Positions 1 to 13,753 of a stretch of DNA of 64,000 nt are shown one piece after another. Both the position numbers and the translations under genes were made by a program. Source of the DNA: the human T2T-CHM13v2.0 reference genome, Homo sapiens; assembly GCF_009914755.1 (NCBI RefSeq), contig NC_060925.1, one strand, 5' to 3'. The notes under the pieces were generated by a model that made no database searches, was not told the DNA's origin, and was given only the letters and a program-made list of their open reading frames with translations. Within the stretch, counting starts at the first letter, position 1. The number at the start of each line of letters is the position of its first letter.

Positions 1-162
1 TACAGGCATGCGCCACCACACCCAGCTAATTTTTGTATTTTTAATAGAGACGGGGTTTCACCATGTTGGCCACGCTGGTCTCAAACTCCTGACCTTAGGT
101 GATCCGCCCACCTCAGCCTCCCAAAGTGCTGGGATTACAGGCGTGACCCACCGCGCCCAGCC
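1..162 (-). mobile_element. Alu (AluS-type), cut by window edge
   Basis: Reverse complement of the Alu left arm and linker (CCCAAAGTGCTGGGATTACAGGCGTGA, TTTTTGTATTTTT). Confidence 0.95.
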
Positions 163-879
163 GATGCAAAGACTTTTAAAGCCTGTTCCTGGCACTTAAG
201 CTTTCTCTGGGGCAGAGTCATTACTCAAATATCATCCGTGCTAAAGGATTTTAAGATGAGATTGAGCTTCACAGGAACCTCCCAACCATGGCAAAGCATT
301 TCTGCACTGGGAAACTTCTGTTGCCTCTGATGCTCAGTTCCCAACACACAGAGCTGGCAAGGTCATGCTCGGATCCACTTGAATTCAATCCTTCCTCTTT
401 CATTCACTCAGTCAGAATCTCCTAAGGGTGGTGCCATTGCTCTGGGAACTCAGTCATGAATACAGCCAGATCCCTGCTGTGGTGGAAACCATGGTCTAAA
501 GAGAGAGAAAATATATAATTTATAATAAAGTAAAATAAATTAACAAAGGATGCTCTTCTGCAGCCTCATCAGTGCTATGTGAGTTTTACCTCCTCCATGA
601 AGCCTTTCTTGACCCCATAGCCTCTGTCTGTTTTTCTGTCCTGTGAGCCACCAGAGCAGTTTATTCTTCATGCTATCAACATAACCCCCATCCAATTCTT
701 CCCACTTGTGTGGTTGCTGGAGAATATTCTTCCATCCACACCTGGATTGTAATCTGCTTCACACCAGGGGCTTTTTCACAGTGGCTCAGTGCATCTCATT
801 GGTTCACATTTCTGTGCATTTGCTTATGCTCTTTACCCAGTTTTCATCCTTTGCTGAACTCCTATTCATATTTGAAAGC

Positions 880-1060
880 TGATATGGATTGGCTCTATGT
901 CCCCACCCAAATCTCATCTTGAATTGTAATCCCCATAATCCCCACATGTCGAGGGTGGGGCCTGGTGGGAGGTGATTGGATCATGGGGGCAGTTTCCCCC
1001 ATGCTGTTCTCATGATAGCGAGCTCTAATGGTTTTATAAGTGTTTGACAGTTTCTCCTAC
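880..1060 (+). mobile_element. MST-type MaLR LTR, 5' fragment
   Basis: TGATATGGATTGGCTCTATGTCCCCACCCAAATCTCATCTTGAATTGTAATCCCC is the typical MST/THE1 start; truncated. Confidence 0.85.
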
Positions 1061-1364
1061 ACACTGAAAGAGAAGTTGATTTGTGAAAAATTCTCAGATT
1101 CCTGAAAGGCACTTGGCAGAAAAAGTCTACAAACAGTATGAGACAATAAAAGATAATGCCACTTAATTTGGTCCTGTAATTATAGTTACTTCTTCCCAAA
1201 GAGCTGAGAATAAACACTCTAATTACTCTACAGGTTATATGGAGATTAATAAACCTAACTCCTGCAGAACACATAGCTTATAAACACAAGACCAGGACTA
1301 GGCCTGGCCTGTTATTAGACTGGTCTCTCTGGGTGGAAGAAGGAAAGAGATTGTAAGGTGAGAA

Positions 1365-1562
1365 CCTAATTTGTGCCATGAATTATAATAAGCATTTTAT
1401 ATAAGTTATTTAAACTAATTCTCACAACCCTGGAGCAGGGTATTATTGCCTTCATTTGCAGATAAAGCAACTGAGTTTCAGAGAGGTGGAAGTACGTCTC
1501 TAAAGTAGCAACTCTGAGATTTGAGCCGAGGGCACAAAGCCCATACTCTTTCCACTGTACCA
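1365..1562 (-). mobile_element. MIR SINE
   Basis: Reverse MIR core (CATTTGCAGATAAAGCAACTGAG...AGAGAGGT). Confidence 0.75.
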
Positions 1563-2264
1563 AGTCCCTTCAAGGGAAACCTCAAAGGCCTATAGGAAGT
1601 CTTTCTTCTCAGAACTCTGCTCCATGGAGGATGGTTTGGTGGTAAATATGCAGCTGCCATGCTTATCTGCCCAAAGGTAGATATTGTCACCAAAGATGTT
1701 GTCCCTGAAGTAACCCAGTGGCTGTGAAGAGGAGGTTTTCTGAAGAGATCTAACCTTCAAATGCCTCCTTCTGCCCATCAGTCAGAGCCTTTGCCGTGAC
1801 TTTGCAGATCGGCTCCATTGAGCTCTCATAGAAACGAGTGTTTGGAATTGGACTCTGTCATGCATTTATATTGGCCTCATCAACGGGATGACTCCAAGTG
1901 ATCAGGCCTAACCATCTGCACACCCTGAGTGGGAGATTCTGGGAAGGAAAGAATTACCTTCAGCCAAGCAGCAGAAAGAAGAGGCTGCCATGGAGTGGGA
2001 AGAGAGAGGACATGTCTTCATGTAAGGATATCTGCAGTGTGAGCTCCAGAGAGAAGAAACATCCTCTGTAGAAACCTGACCTCCTCTAAGACAGGAGGCT
2101 CCCACCTCCTGTGAGGAGTCATCCATGTCTACCCTTTGTCTTCCATGCTCTGCTTCCCTTAGCCACACTGTGTTCTCTTCCTTCCCTGATCTCCTGTCTC
2201 TTTCTGGGCATTTAGCAGAAGGGCTGAAGCTGGTGTGGAAACAAGAATAGGGGCAGCCTAGCAT

Positions 2265-2470
2265 GGGGATCATCAGAATGCACTTTGGCAATAAATAGAC
2301 CTGCTTTCCAATTCTGGTTCAGCCACCCGAGACCTTGGGCATTTTATTCCACTTCTCTTGAGCTTGAGTTTCTTTGTGTGTAAAATGGGGATCGTAGCAA
2401 TGCTACCTCATAGGATTGTCATAAAGACAAACATGTAAAATGCTGAGCTTGATACCTGACATACTTGGTA
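2265..2470 (+). mobile_element. MIR SINE
   Basis: GACCTTGGGC...TGTAAAATGGGGAT...TACCTCATAGGATTGT. Confidence 0.75.
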
Positions 2471-3234
2471 ATTACCCAATTTCTGGTAGAATCTTTTACA
2501 GCCTGCAAATAAAAAATGAGAGATTCAGAATTTCTAAATCCTACCTGGCACTTCCCAGCTACATCATGTTGGGCAAGTCATTTAGATTATCTCAGTCTCA
2601 GCTTTTCTATCTGTAATAAAGAAGGAGGAGGAGGAGGAGGCCACCTGCCCTTGGATCTTGCAGAATTGAGGAGGGTTTCAAATGAAGTAACATTCAAGAA
2701 AGCCATGGGGGCAGGGAGTGGGGGTGGCACCCAAGGAGTGCACCATCTAGTTACAGAAGCAAGACCAAGAAAGATATCTGACAATCTTTAAGGTGATCTT
2801 ACTTTAGAGACCGTAAGAGCAAAAGAGGCTAAGAGAAGAGTGATCTATAAGGGCTCTAAGAGGAGTTGGGATGGGCCATGTCTTTGTACATGGATGGAGG
2901 TTGGCAGAGAGGAGAGGAGCATTCCATTAATGGTGAAATGGGCACAGCTTGTGTGTTTGGGGAGAAAGACAGGTTGGGGAAGATGAGCAAGAAGGAAACT
3001 CCTTTGCCTAAATAATTATCAAGCACGAAGGACAGTAATGATACAAGTAGGATGGGACATCATGACGGAAGGGAATTGGAGAGAGAGCAAAGGATAAACA
3101 TTTTATTTCTGACTTTTGATGTGGCCATTGTTATCTTTGCCTACTCAGCATCTATTACCTTGATTTTCCTGTGGGGAGCCCCCACCCCCACCAAACTCCA
3201 GGAATTTGAATTGAGGGCTGACAATTCACACAAG

Positions 3235-3570
3235 TGACGAAGCCTGAAACCTGGGATTCTTCCTTGACTACCTTCAGCCTTCCCATCCAGACAGCCCTCA
3301 GTTTTGTAGATTCTACCTCCTTAATACCTCCGATCCACCTATATCTCTCCATCTCCACTAGCACCCCCCAATCCAACTCATCTTCACCTCTCATCTGAAT
3401 ACATATGTCAGCCTCTTACCTAGTATCCTTGCCTCCACTCCCCCTCCCTCCAATCCACTCTACCTCCTGCAGCAAGAGTGTTTTTTTTTCTATAGTGCAG
3501 ATGTTCCTCTCCTACTTAATATCTTTTGATGGCTTCACATTATCCAGAGAATAAAATCCAAACTCTTTAT
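3235..3570 (+). mobile_element. L2 LINE fragment
   Basis: Pyrimidine-rich L2 body (TTCTACCTCCTTAATA...CTCCAATCCACTCT...GAATAAAATCCAAACTC). Confidence 0.7.
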
Positions 3571-3599
3571 GAATGGCAAGTCCTCATTTACCTAGACCC

Positions 3600-3804
3600 T
3601 AGACCCAAGCTACTTATACACTTCCTTTATGATCTTAGGCAAGGTATTTCACTTCTCTGTTTCTCAGTTTCTTCATTTGTGTAATAAAATGAATCTTATA
3701 ATAGTACATACTTTACAAGACTGTTGTGAGGAATAAATGAATGCATGTATGTAAAGCACTTAGAACAATGACTGGGACATTGTAGATGCTTTTAAGTTGT
3801 TTCT
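3600..3804 (+). mobile_element. MIR SINE
   Basis: CTCAGTTTCTTCATTTGT...GTTGTGAGGAATAAATGA...GTAAAGCACTTAGAACA. Confidence 0.8.
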
Positions 3805-3916
3805 ATCACCACTATCACCACCACTACCACTACCACCGCCATCATCACCACCCCATCATCATCATTGTTATCATCATTACCATCATCACATCTTCCTCCT
3901 CCTCATCATCCTCATC
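3805..3916. repeat. Imperfect (CAC)n/(CAT)n/(CCT)n trinucleotide repeat
   Basis: Directly visible; explains the His/Ile/Ser-rich chance ORFs. Confidence 0.9.
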
Positions 3917-5459
3917 TTTGTATCTCATGCTTTTTCCCTCTTACTCTCTGCTACAGCTATACAGAGACTTAATTCCTCCTAATGCCCCAACCATATCTCC
4001 CCTCAGAATCTTCATATGTGCTGAACTCTTTTCCAGGGAATAGATCCTAGGATTCCCACATCATGCCTCTTCACTTTTATCTTAAGTGTTTCTTCCCCAG
4101 AGAAGCCTTCCCTGAGTATCTCAGATGGGGATATGATGCTGCTACACTGCCTCACAGTATCTCATCCCACTTTTTAACTGGTACTTCCTTATTCAGTATG
4201 TCTCTCACTCACTTGACTGGAAACTGCTTAAGGGCAAGGACTAAGTATGTCTCAGTCACCACTAGCCACCTGTCCCACTCACTACCCTATCCACTCTATC
4301 ATATAATGTGTTACCATGTTTCACATCATTTCCTTTCCCTATGCCCTCTCATTTTCATAGTGGGAAACATTCTTCCTAGTGGAAATAAGTTTTCTGCTTA
4401 TTTATAGCACTCTTTTATTTGAAATTATTTTAAAAACTAACCAGAAGATTGCATTTTAATCCAACTAGCTAAATCATTTGAAATATTTATAAGGGCCATT
4501 TTCAGCCTTTGTTCTAAAAAAAAAAAAAAGGAGTGTGGGGTGGGGAGCAGGCAATAGAAGGCACATATGATATGGAATGAGCAGAGCTGAGGCTCTGAAG
4601 GACCATCAAAAGTTGCCACTCTGCCCACTGGAAAGATATTTCCCAAAATAAAAGACATGCCATTCACTGACACTTGCATGGTGTTGAAACCATGCTTGTT
4701 CTGCCTTGTGCCAAAAGAGTTTGGGAGAAGAGGGAGCGACTGCTCCCAGCTCTGTCGGCAGCCGCTTCTGAAGCTACCATAGCAACAAGTATAGACTAAA
4801 AGCGATCCTTCCATATTAGGTGTGAACTGACTCCAGACAAGGAAAATAGCTTGCAGAGAAGAAGGCAACTTTGCTGGGAAACCCACAGGGAGTAATATGC
4901 CAGTGACCCATCCCCCCACCCCAATTGCCTTTCACTTCCCCAACCACCATGTAAGTAATAGTAGACAGAATTTTTTTTAAAAGAACTTTCCTTTAAACAT
5001 TCAGACATACAGCCTTGCTTGGTAAAATTGCACTGGAGTCCTTCCCCACCCCCCAAGCCCCAGCGCTCTCCTCTCTTGTTCTCATTCTCAGCTGCCTCAG
5101 TAGCCCATCCATCTGTCAGTGCGCATATGGGTAAAAGAGGCAAGCCAGGAAGCAGAGAGAAGAAGAATTTGTATTTCATAAGTATCTTCTCAGCAGAGGA
5201 GTAGAAAATACCTTCTGCCAAAACAGAATGGGGTGGCAGGCCTGAAGTAGTATCTGCTCAGCTAGAAATGACCCTTAAAATGTAGATGCTACTCTGTCAT
5301 TTGGGTTTCTGGGGCAGGACCTGTCTCTGTCCCCATAGCTTTCTACCCTGACCACCCTACCCCTTTCATCCAATCATCCATTCCCACCCAGAGACAAGAC
5401 TTTCGGTGGCACATTGAGGCCCAGTTCCTGCCTTTGTCCTTGTCCAGGCTCTACTCTTT

Positions 5460-5675
5460 AGCCCTGAATCAGTTCAGATCAGAACTCTGACACATAAGTG
5501 ACTGTGCAAACTTGCGCGAGTCACTTTGTCTCTGAGCATCAGTTTCCTCGGCTGTAAAACATGACTAATAACATTGCCAAACTTGTAGGTAAATTGTGAG
5601 GATTAAATGAGATAATTCCTGTAAAACTCTTAGAACAGTGTCTGGCTCATAACAAATGATCAGTAAGTGTTATTT
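5460..5675 (+). mobile_element. MIR SINE
   Basis: CAGTTTCCTCGGCTGTAAAA...TGTGAGGATTAAATGAGATAAT. Confidence 0.8.
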
Positions 5676-5729
5676 TTTCCTCCCACAAGCTTCATCTTCC
5701 AGCTCATTTTGGAGCTGCCCACATTGTCT

Positions 5730-5865
5730 AGTCTTGACAGACTTTGTCCTCGAAGGCAAAGACCATGTTGTTTTATTTGTCTTTGTCATATTGATTTGTC
5801 TACAGTCCTAGTTACCTAATACACAGTGCCTGGCTCAGTGTAGGTGTTTAATACATGTTTGCTGT
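5730..5865 (+). mobile_element. L2 3' end
   Basis: GAAGGCAAAGACCATGT...ACAGTGCCTGGCTCAGTGTAGGTGTTTAATACATGTTTG. Confidence 0.7.
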
Positions 5866-6970
5866 GAAAGGCACAAATTGATGGATGGGAGGATGAATGG
5901 GTGGGTAGATGCATAAATAATAGAAGGGAAAACCCACCCTTTTCTTGCCACATAGAATCACGGAGAATCTGGGTCTCTGGCAAGCCATCCAACAGAGATG
6001 AGTTTTCCAGGTGGGTTGACAGACTTGCCTAGTCTTGAGGTCTTTTCTGACCAGAGGCTGTTACATGGAGTTGGCTGGATGTTTCCTTCTCCATCCATAT
6101 GGGAACTTGGGAATTTGGCTAAAATTCTGGTATTTTGTTTTGTTTCTCTTTCTTAGCTTGACACTGGGGCTTCTTTCCTTTCTCTCCTTGAGTGCCAGCA
6201 CAGATGCCAGCTGGCCCATGGGCTCTGTTAACCCTTTCCAGCCTGCCCTTGAATGGCTCTGCCAATACTCTGTATCACTTGGCTTTGACATGAACCCACA
6301 TGGCTTCTTGCCTCATGATATTTACACTGCTACCCTGCCTCTCTCTCTCAGTTCCCCCAACCTGGCTTCTCCAGTCACACAGAGCCACATGAGAAGAGAG
6401 CTGGTATTAAGCACAGATCTGGAAGGAAGGCAATGCATAAAGCTGTCAGCCTTACCTTGTGCCCATGGCACAGTTACCTGGCCCAGGCCTCTGACCACAG
6501 GGCTTATGTTCATTTTGCTACAGTAAAAGTCTTCTCAAAGTCGTTTCAGTGAGATGGAGCGTTATTCCTATCCCTCTTTCTGTCTCATCTCCACAGCCTA
6601 TCTTAGATTCTTTGCCTCTTTATTATCTCTAATTTTACAAAGGGATAAACTGAGGCTCAGAAATAATATGAGATCTATATAATCATGAAGTCTCATCACT
6701 GGAAAGGAAACAGCCCTCCAGATGATGGAATCCTGGCGATGCACACATGAATAAAAGCAGCAGAGCTTGTTCTAGAGGGTACACCTTCTGACTGCTTGAG
6801 GTCTAGCCTAACTCCAGAGCATCTTCTGCTTACACTGCAGTGGCATTTACTACATATGTTGAAATCATCTGTTCATATGTCTGCTTCCCATTCTCTGACT
6901 GAGACTTTCTTTATGACGGTGTTCCAGATATTTTTGCTGCATAACAAACCATGTGAAACATACAGGTTTA

Positions 6971-9246
6971 CATGATTATCTCAATAGATGCAGAAAAAGC
7001 CTTCGATAAAATTCAACATCCTTCATGTTAAAAAATCTCAATAAGCTAGATATTGAAGGAACATATCTCAAAATAGTAAGAGCCATTTATGACAAACCCA
7101 CAGCCAATGTCATACTGAATGGGCAAAAGCTGGAAGCATTCCCCTTGAAAACCAGCACAAGACAGGATGCCTTCTCTCACTACTCCTAATCAACATAGTA
7201 TTGGAAGTTCTGGCCAGAGCAATTGGGCAAGAGAAAGAAATAAAGGGTATTCAAATCGGAAGTCAAACTGTCTCTGCAGATAACATGATCTTATATCTAG
7301 AAATATCCCCGTATTTAACATGATCTTATATCTAGGAAAAAACCCATTGTCTCAGCCCTAAAGCTTCTTAAGCTGATAGGCAACTTCAGGATACAAAATC
7401 AATGTGTAAAAATCACAAGCATTTCTGTATATCAACAACAGGCAAGCAGAGAGCCAAATCATGAATGAACTCCCATTCACAATTGCCACAAAAAGAATAA
7501 AATACCTAGGAATACACCTAACAAGGGAAGTGGAGAACATCTTCAAGGAGAACTACAAACCACTGCTCAAGGAAATCAGACAGGACACAAACAAATGGAA
7601 AAATATTCCATGCTCATGGATAGGAAGAATCAATATGAAAATGGCCATACTGCCCAAAGTAATTTGTAGATTCAATGCTATTCCTATTACACTATCATTG
7701 ACATTCTTCACAGAATTAGAAAAACCTATTTTAAAATTAATATGGAACCAAAGAAGAGCCCACATAGCCAAGACAATTGTTAGTAAAAAGAGCAAAGCTG
7801 GAGGCACCACACTACCTGACTTCAAACTACACTACAAGGCCACAGTAACCAAAACAGCATGGTACTGGTATAAAAACAGACATGTAGACCAATGGAACAG
7901 AACAGAGAACTCAAAAATAGGACCAAACATCTACAACCATATGATCTTCGACAAACCTGACAAAAACAAGCATTGGGGAAACGATTCCCTATATAATAAA
8001 TGGTGCTGGGAAAACTGGCTAGCTATGCAGAAAATTGAAACTGAACTCCTGCCTTACACCTTACACAAAAATTAACTTGAGATGGATTAAATACTTCAAT
8101 GTAAAACCCAAAACTATAAAAACCCAGAAGAAAATTTAGGCAATACCATTCAGGACATAGACATGGGCAAAGATTTCATGATGAAAACACCAAAAGCAAT
8201 TGCAACAAAAGCAAAAATTGACAAATGGGATCTAATTAAACTAAAGAGCTTCTGCACAGCAAAAGAAACTATCATCAGAGTGAACAGACAACCTACCAAA
8301 TGGAAGGAAATGTTTGCAGTCTATCCATCTGACAAAGGTCTAATATCCAGAATCTATTATACAATGAACGTAAATAAATTTACAAGAAAAAAACAACCAC
8401 ATTGAAAAGTGGACAAAGGACATGAACAGACACTTCTCAAAAGAAGACATTTATGCAGCCAACAAACATATTTTAAAAAAGATCAACATCACTGACTATT
8501 AGAGAAATGCAAATCCAAACTACAATGAGATACTATCTCACACCAGCCAAAATGGCAATTATTAAAAAGTCAAGAAATGACTGATGCTGGCATGGCTGTG
8601 AAGAAATAGGAATACTTCTACACTGTTGGTGGGAATGTAAATTAGTTCAACCATTGTGAAAGACAGTGTGGTGATTCCTCGAAGACATGGAACCAGAAAT
8701 ACCATTTGACCCAGCAATTGCATTACTGGGTACGTACCCAAAGGAATATAAATCATTTTATTATAAAGATAGATGCACATGTATGTTCACTGCAGCACTA
8801 ATCACAATAGCAAAGACATGGAATCAACACAAATGCCCATCAATGATAGAATGGATAAAGAAAATGTGGTACATATACACCGTGGAATACTATGCATCCA
8901 TAAAAAGGAATGAGATCATGTCCTTTGCAGGGACATAGATGGAGCTGGAAGCCATTATCTTTAGCAAACTAATGCAGGAACAGAAAACAAAACACCACAT
9001 GTTCTCACTTGTAAGTGGGAGCCAAACAATGTAAATACATAGACACAGGGAGGGAACACACACTGGGGCCTGTTAGGGCTGGAGGGAGGGAGAGCATCAG
9101 GAAAAATAGCTAATGCATGTTGGGCTTAATACCTAGGTGATGAGTTGATAGGTGCAGCAAATAACCATGGTACACATTTACCTATGTTACATAGGTAACA
9201 TACATAGGCAATCCTGCACATGGACCCTGGAACTTAAAATTTAAAA
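6971..9246 (+). mobile_element. 5'-truncated older L1PA (about L1PA10-13); decayed ORF2 RT/C-terminal region plus 3'UTR
   Basis: ORF2 peptides ([34 protein letters not shown]) with frameshifts. TSD AAA[C/G]ATACAGGTTTA at 6956-6970 and 9247-9261. Confidence 0.95.
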
Positions 9247-9594
9247 AAAGATACAGGTTTAAAACAACTTTTCGATTATATCTCACAGTTCTATGCATTA
9301 ACTGGGCTCAGCTGGGTGGTTCTTTAGTTGGGTGTCTCATGTGGTTATAGTCAGTGGCTGGAGCCAGAGTCACCTGAAGACTACCTTGGGCTGGATGCAT
9401 GAGATGGCTTGCTCTCATGGTTCGCAGTTGATACTGGCTGCTGCTCAGGAAGGGTCATCAACTAGGCATATTCATGGGATAGGGGGGCTTTGCTCAGCAA
9501 CTGGGTTTTAAGAGCAACTGCCTCAAGGGGCCTAATCAGGAGATGCAAGGCTTTGAATGACCTATCCTCAAAAGTCCCACTGTTTCACTTGTCA

Positions 9595-9968
<374 letters not shown>

Positions 9969-11199
9969 GAGCAGCAAAGAGTTTGCTTCCATGTTTAACA
10001 TGCAACTTAAATATAGAGTCTTTTAATCATCTCTGAGGTCTCAACACCTCAAATAGTATACACAAAGAACAAATATTTGTTCATTTACATTTAAACTGAC
10101 AAATTATATGGGATGGAGATTATGTCTGGAACAACTTTAATGGCCTCCACTTACTCTCTTGAAATCTCTTGGTATCTTTTACTCCAAATGACGTAAATGT
10201 GTTTTCCAAAAATACCTCTTCCTGCTTATCTGAAGTTTCTGTCTGGATCTCTTTATAAATCAGGAATACATCAGCACAATGGTATAATGAAATGGAAAAT
10301 TTTCCAGTATGGCTGGAAAAGGTGCCCGGTAGCAATCTCAGCCTTCTGAAATTCTATCCCTTAGTCTCTATTAAAGTCTACAATTTAATAACAATGGCTT
10401 CCCTGAAGTGGGAAGAATCAGCTCTCAAAATACTCTTGTGCAGATAAAGATCTACTTCTTGAGCATTCTCCCAGCCATATGTACACAGTCATGTAATGTC
10501 AGCATGAAAGCAGATACCTCTACTGTTACTGTGAAAAGTTCGTCTTTTAGTATAGTGCCTGGTACATAATAAGTGAAAATAAATACTGCTATTATTTTAA
10601 GTTCATAAGCCCCTCCTTTGACCCTCTTCTCCTTATATTTTTGCTTCCCATTTAAAAGACCCATTGCAGTTACATTCTAGTGAAACAAATTAACTTGGAA
10701 ACTTGAGACAAAGTAATCTTTGAGGCTTCTTTATTTGGCTTGCTTAGACTTTTATTGCTAAAGGGGAAATCTTTATGTGTGCTGGTCATATTTCTCTGCT
10801 CCTTCAATAATACACAGGCTTATGTAGCCTTAGTTCAGCACCAAATAACTTCATGCAAGAATACCCTGAACTGGCTCTGTCAGTCCCAGTCTGACACCAC
10901 CCAGTAACTAATTTTAGTTTCCCTATCCACCCCCACTTAGACATAATAATGCTATGGTCTCTCTAGAGCTTTCTTTGTGTAGGCTGTCTCTAGGCTTTCT
11001 TCTCCTATCACGCATTTGCATTGAACAAACATTTCTGTAGCTTTTGCCATCCACTTTTTTACCCCTTTTTCTTTCCAACTACCAGTTTCTACCTTTCCAA
11101 GGTATTACCTTTTTTCTGTGCCTTGATTTGTAGAGAATTTTACACTTTTCACTGTACCTTTGCATCAATCTAGTGTATCCTCTTAGCATCTCTAATAAA

Positions 11200-11350
11200 G
11201 ATAATATGATGGCTGTAACTATTCCCATTTTAAAGATGATTGACAAAAGGCTAAGAGAGGTGAAGTGACTTCCTCAAGATCATTTACATAGAACATTATC
11301 AGACCAGGAATGGAACCTCAATGTTTTGGTTTAGATTCCAGTCATTTTCC
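11200..11350 (-). mobile_element. MIR SINE
   Basis: CCCATTTTAAAGATGA...AGAGAGGTGAAGTGACTT. Confidence 0.7.
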
Positions 11351-11959
11351 CCTCATTAAACTAAGTGATTTTTAGTGATGTCACTGAGAGTTCAATAACA
11401 CATGATTTTAAAGTTTGAGGGAAACCATTAAAGTTTAGACTTTCATGGACTTGATATTAAAAGTGAATACTTAGCCCCACTGAACTATAAAAATGGACTT
11501 AAACTTCTAGATCAATTTGAAAGGCAATTAATTTTCCTAAAATAAGAGAAGCTCTTCTTCCCAGTGAATATTAAATAGGAGTCTTGTGATGATTTAGAAT
11601 TTGCTACGGATTCTTACATGCTGGAATCATGATGACTTTGTAGTTAATTCATGGAGGCAGATACCCTCTCCCCTCTGGATCTTATTCATGGCTTGTGTGA
11701 ATTATCTGATTTGGAGAGAATCTATGCTAAAAGCAATGACAAATCACATTGATATAAATCCATCCTACCCAAAAGATGGCCCACAGCAAACCAAAGAATA
11801 CCTACAAGTATTTGGCATTAGCAAATAAAGATATTCTCACTTGTATCCAGCACAAAAGCTTTCCAACAAGCTGGAGACAGTACATTATGGAAAGAGAGCC
11901 CTGGACTTGGAATAAGAAAGAAACTCATATGTTTTAAGCTCCTATCATGTTCAGTTAAA

Positions 11960-12435
11960 AACCACAAATATTGAGCACTGACTTGGCGACATGTATTGTG
12001 CTAGAGATAATGGCATAGGACCCCTTCTTTCAAAGAGCCTGCAGTTCAATAAGTCAGAGACACCAAGATATTCATGATCATGTACTGGGTGTCTTGACAG
12101 AGAGGAATGTAAAGTTAATGGCATAGAGTGGCATAAGAGCACCTGGAAGGACACCAAATCCACATTGAGGGGATCAGGGAAGAGCAAACTAGGCTTTCTA
12201 AAGATGTCAGTTGATCTGAATTGTGAGCAAGGTGTGGGTATTGGAATGTCAGAGAAGGATTTGTAAGGGCATCATAGACAGAATGAACAGTATGAGCAAG
12301 TCATAAAGCAGCATGATATGGGAAGAGGGGACTGTAAATTTTTTCATATTATTAAAGCACAACATGTCAGGCAGGAAGCAGCAGAAGGTAAAGGTAGAGA
12401 AGTAGACATGAGGCATGCAGTGCACTAAGGACTTT
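11960..12435 (-). mobile_element. L2 LINE fragment
   Basis: AAATATTGAGCACTGACT...TGTGCTAG...TTCAAAGAGCCTGCAGTTC, followed by purine-rich L2 antisense body. Confidence 0.65.
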
Positions 12436-13514
12436 ACACACATTATCTAATCTATATGTCACAGTAGTTGTAAAAAAAAATTGGTATTTCTCCATTTCAC
12501 AGATGATTAAAACGAAGGCCAAGGAGATCAAATAATTTTCTTAGCTCGTCTCTGAAGCTCTGAATATGTCTCCAGAAAAGCTGTATTCTGGTCTCACAAG
12601 AAATGTACATCATCCTTAGGGAGATCATTATTCATTTCTGGGTCTCTAATCCATTTTTGTTGAAATAAAGGGGACTGGACAGGATGCTTTCTCAAGCCAC
12701 TGCCTGCTGCTGCAAGTTAGGATCCTCCAGGCTCTCCTGGCTGCCACTGCAGAGTTAGAACCACGTGCTTGTTTTCAGTACCATGGAGAGGTGCCGCATT
12801 GCTGAGAGCTGCAGACCCGAGGGTCAGCCAATGTAGAGAAAACCAGGAGATCCACAAATCTTCCTTTAAACAAGACACCAACAAAGACAGAAGGGCATAA
12901 AGGAGAGGGAATATCATGAGAGGAGAGAGAAAGAGAAATTGTCCATCACCACTGCTCTCTTGAACAGAAGCTGAGTGATATGCTGAGTGAGACAAAGTGA
13001 ACTAAATAAAAGGAATAAATTGAAGTAGCAACATGTCCTCGACATCGTAATACAGATGCTGTAATCATACAAGGCTAATAGTCTGAGTCACTCCACAGCC
13101 ATCAAAAACAAAGAATTGATGGGACAAGCCTTGCGGCTGCTCATAAAAACCAATAAATTAAACTTGCTGACCATGGCCTGGAGACAGGGGGAGGCAATAA
13201 AATTATGTAACTGGTGGTTTATTTCCTGAATAACACAGCCTTCTCTTCTCTTTCTCTTTCTCACCTTCAAGACAGGTGCTCCATGGCCTCATGTTTCTTC
13301 CTTCCACAATCAAAACTTCCTCTCCAGGAAGGCTCCACTACTTGATTTATACTAAAGTGTAAGTGGCTGCTAAAACATAAAGAGTTGTCTCTCACAGGAA
13401 AGTCAGAAGTTTAGGGGTTGATTCACTATAAATTAAGCTCAATGAGAACAGAGAAATTTTCTCTCTTGTTCACAGGACCTACAATGGTGTCTAACACAAA
13501 ATATGTGATCAATA

Positions 13515-13753
13515 ACAACAGCAGCAATAATATTTACTAACACTTACTGAATGTTTACTATGTGGCAAGTGCTTCTTTGTGTCCTTTTAATGCTCATAGG
13601 AGCAGAATGAGGTAAACGGTATTATTGTCCCAGTTTTCATTGTGGGAACCTGGCGGGGGGAGACATAGAGACGTTAACTTCCTAAGGTCACATAGCTAGA
13701 AAATGCAAGACTCGAAGCCACAAAAATCTAAATCCAAAACCCATGTTCTTAAC
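13515..13753 (-). mobile_element. MIR SINE
   Basis: TTACTGAATGTTTACTATGTGGCA...CCTAAGGTCACATAGCTAG. Confidence 0.7.

Noticed and set aside
3786-4043. His/Ile/Ser-rich ORF
   Set aside because: Translation of a (CAC/CAT)n simple repeat between a MIR and an L2.
4437-6526. 140-163 aa ORFs in repeat-poor DNA
   Set aside because: No recognisable domain, mostly non-ATG starts, and no supported splice structure; consistent with chance.
7461-8938. L1 ORF2 fragments as an active retrotransposon
   Set aside because: 5'-truncated, multiple frameshifts and a disrupted RT motif.
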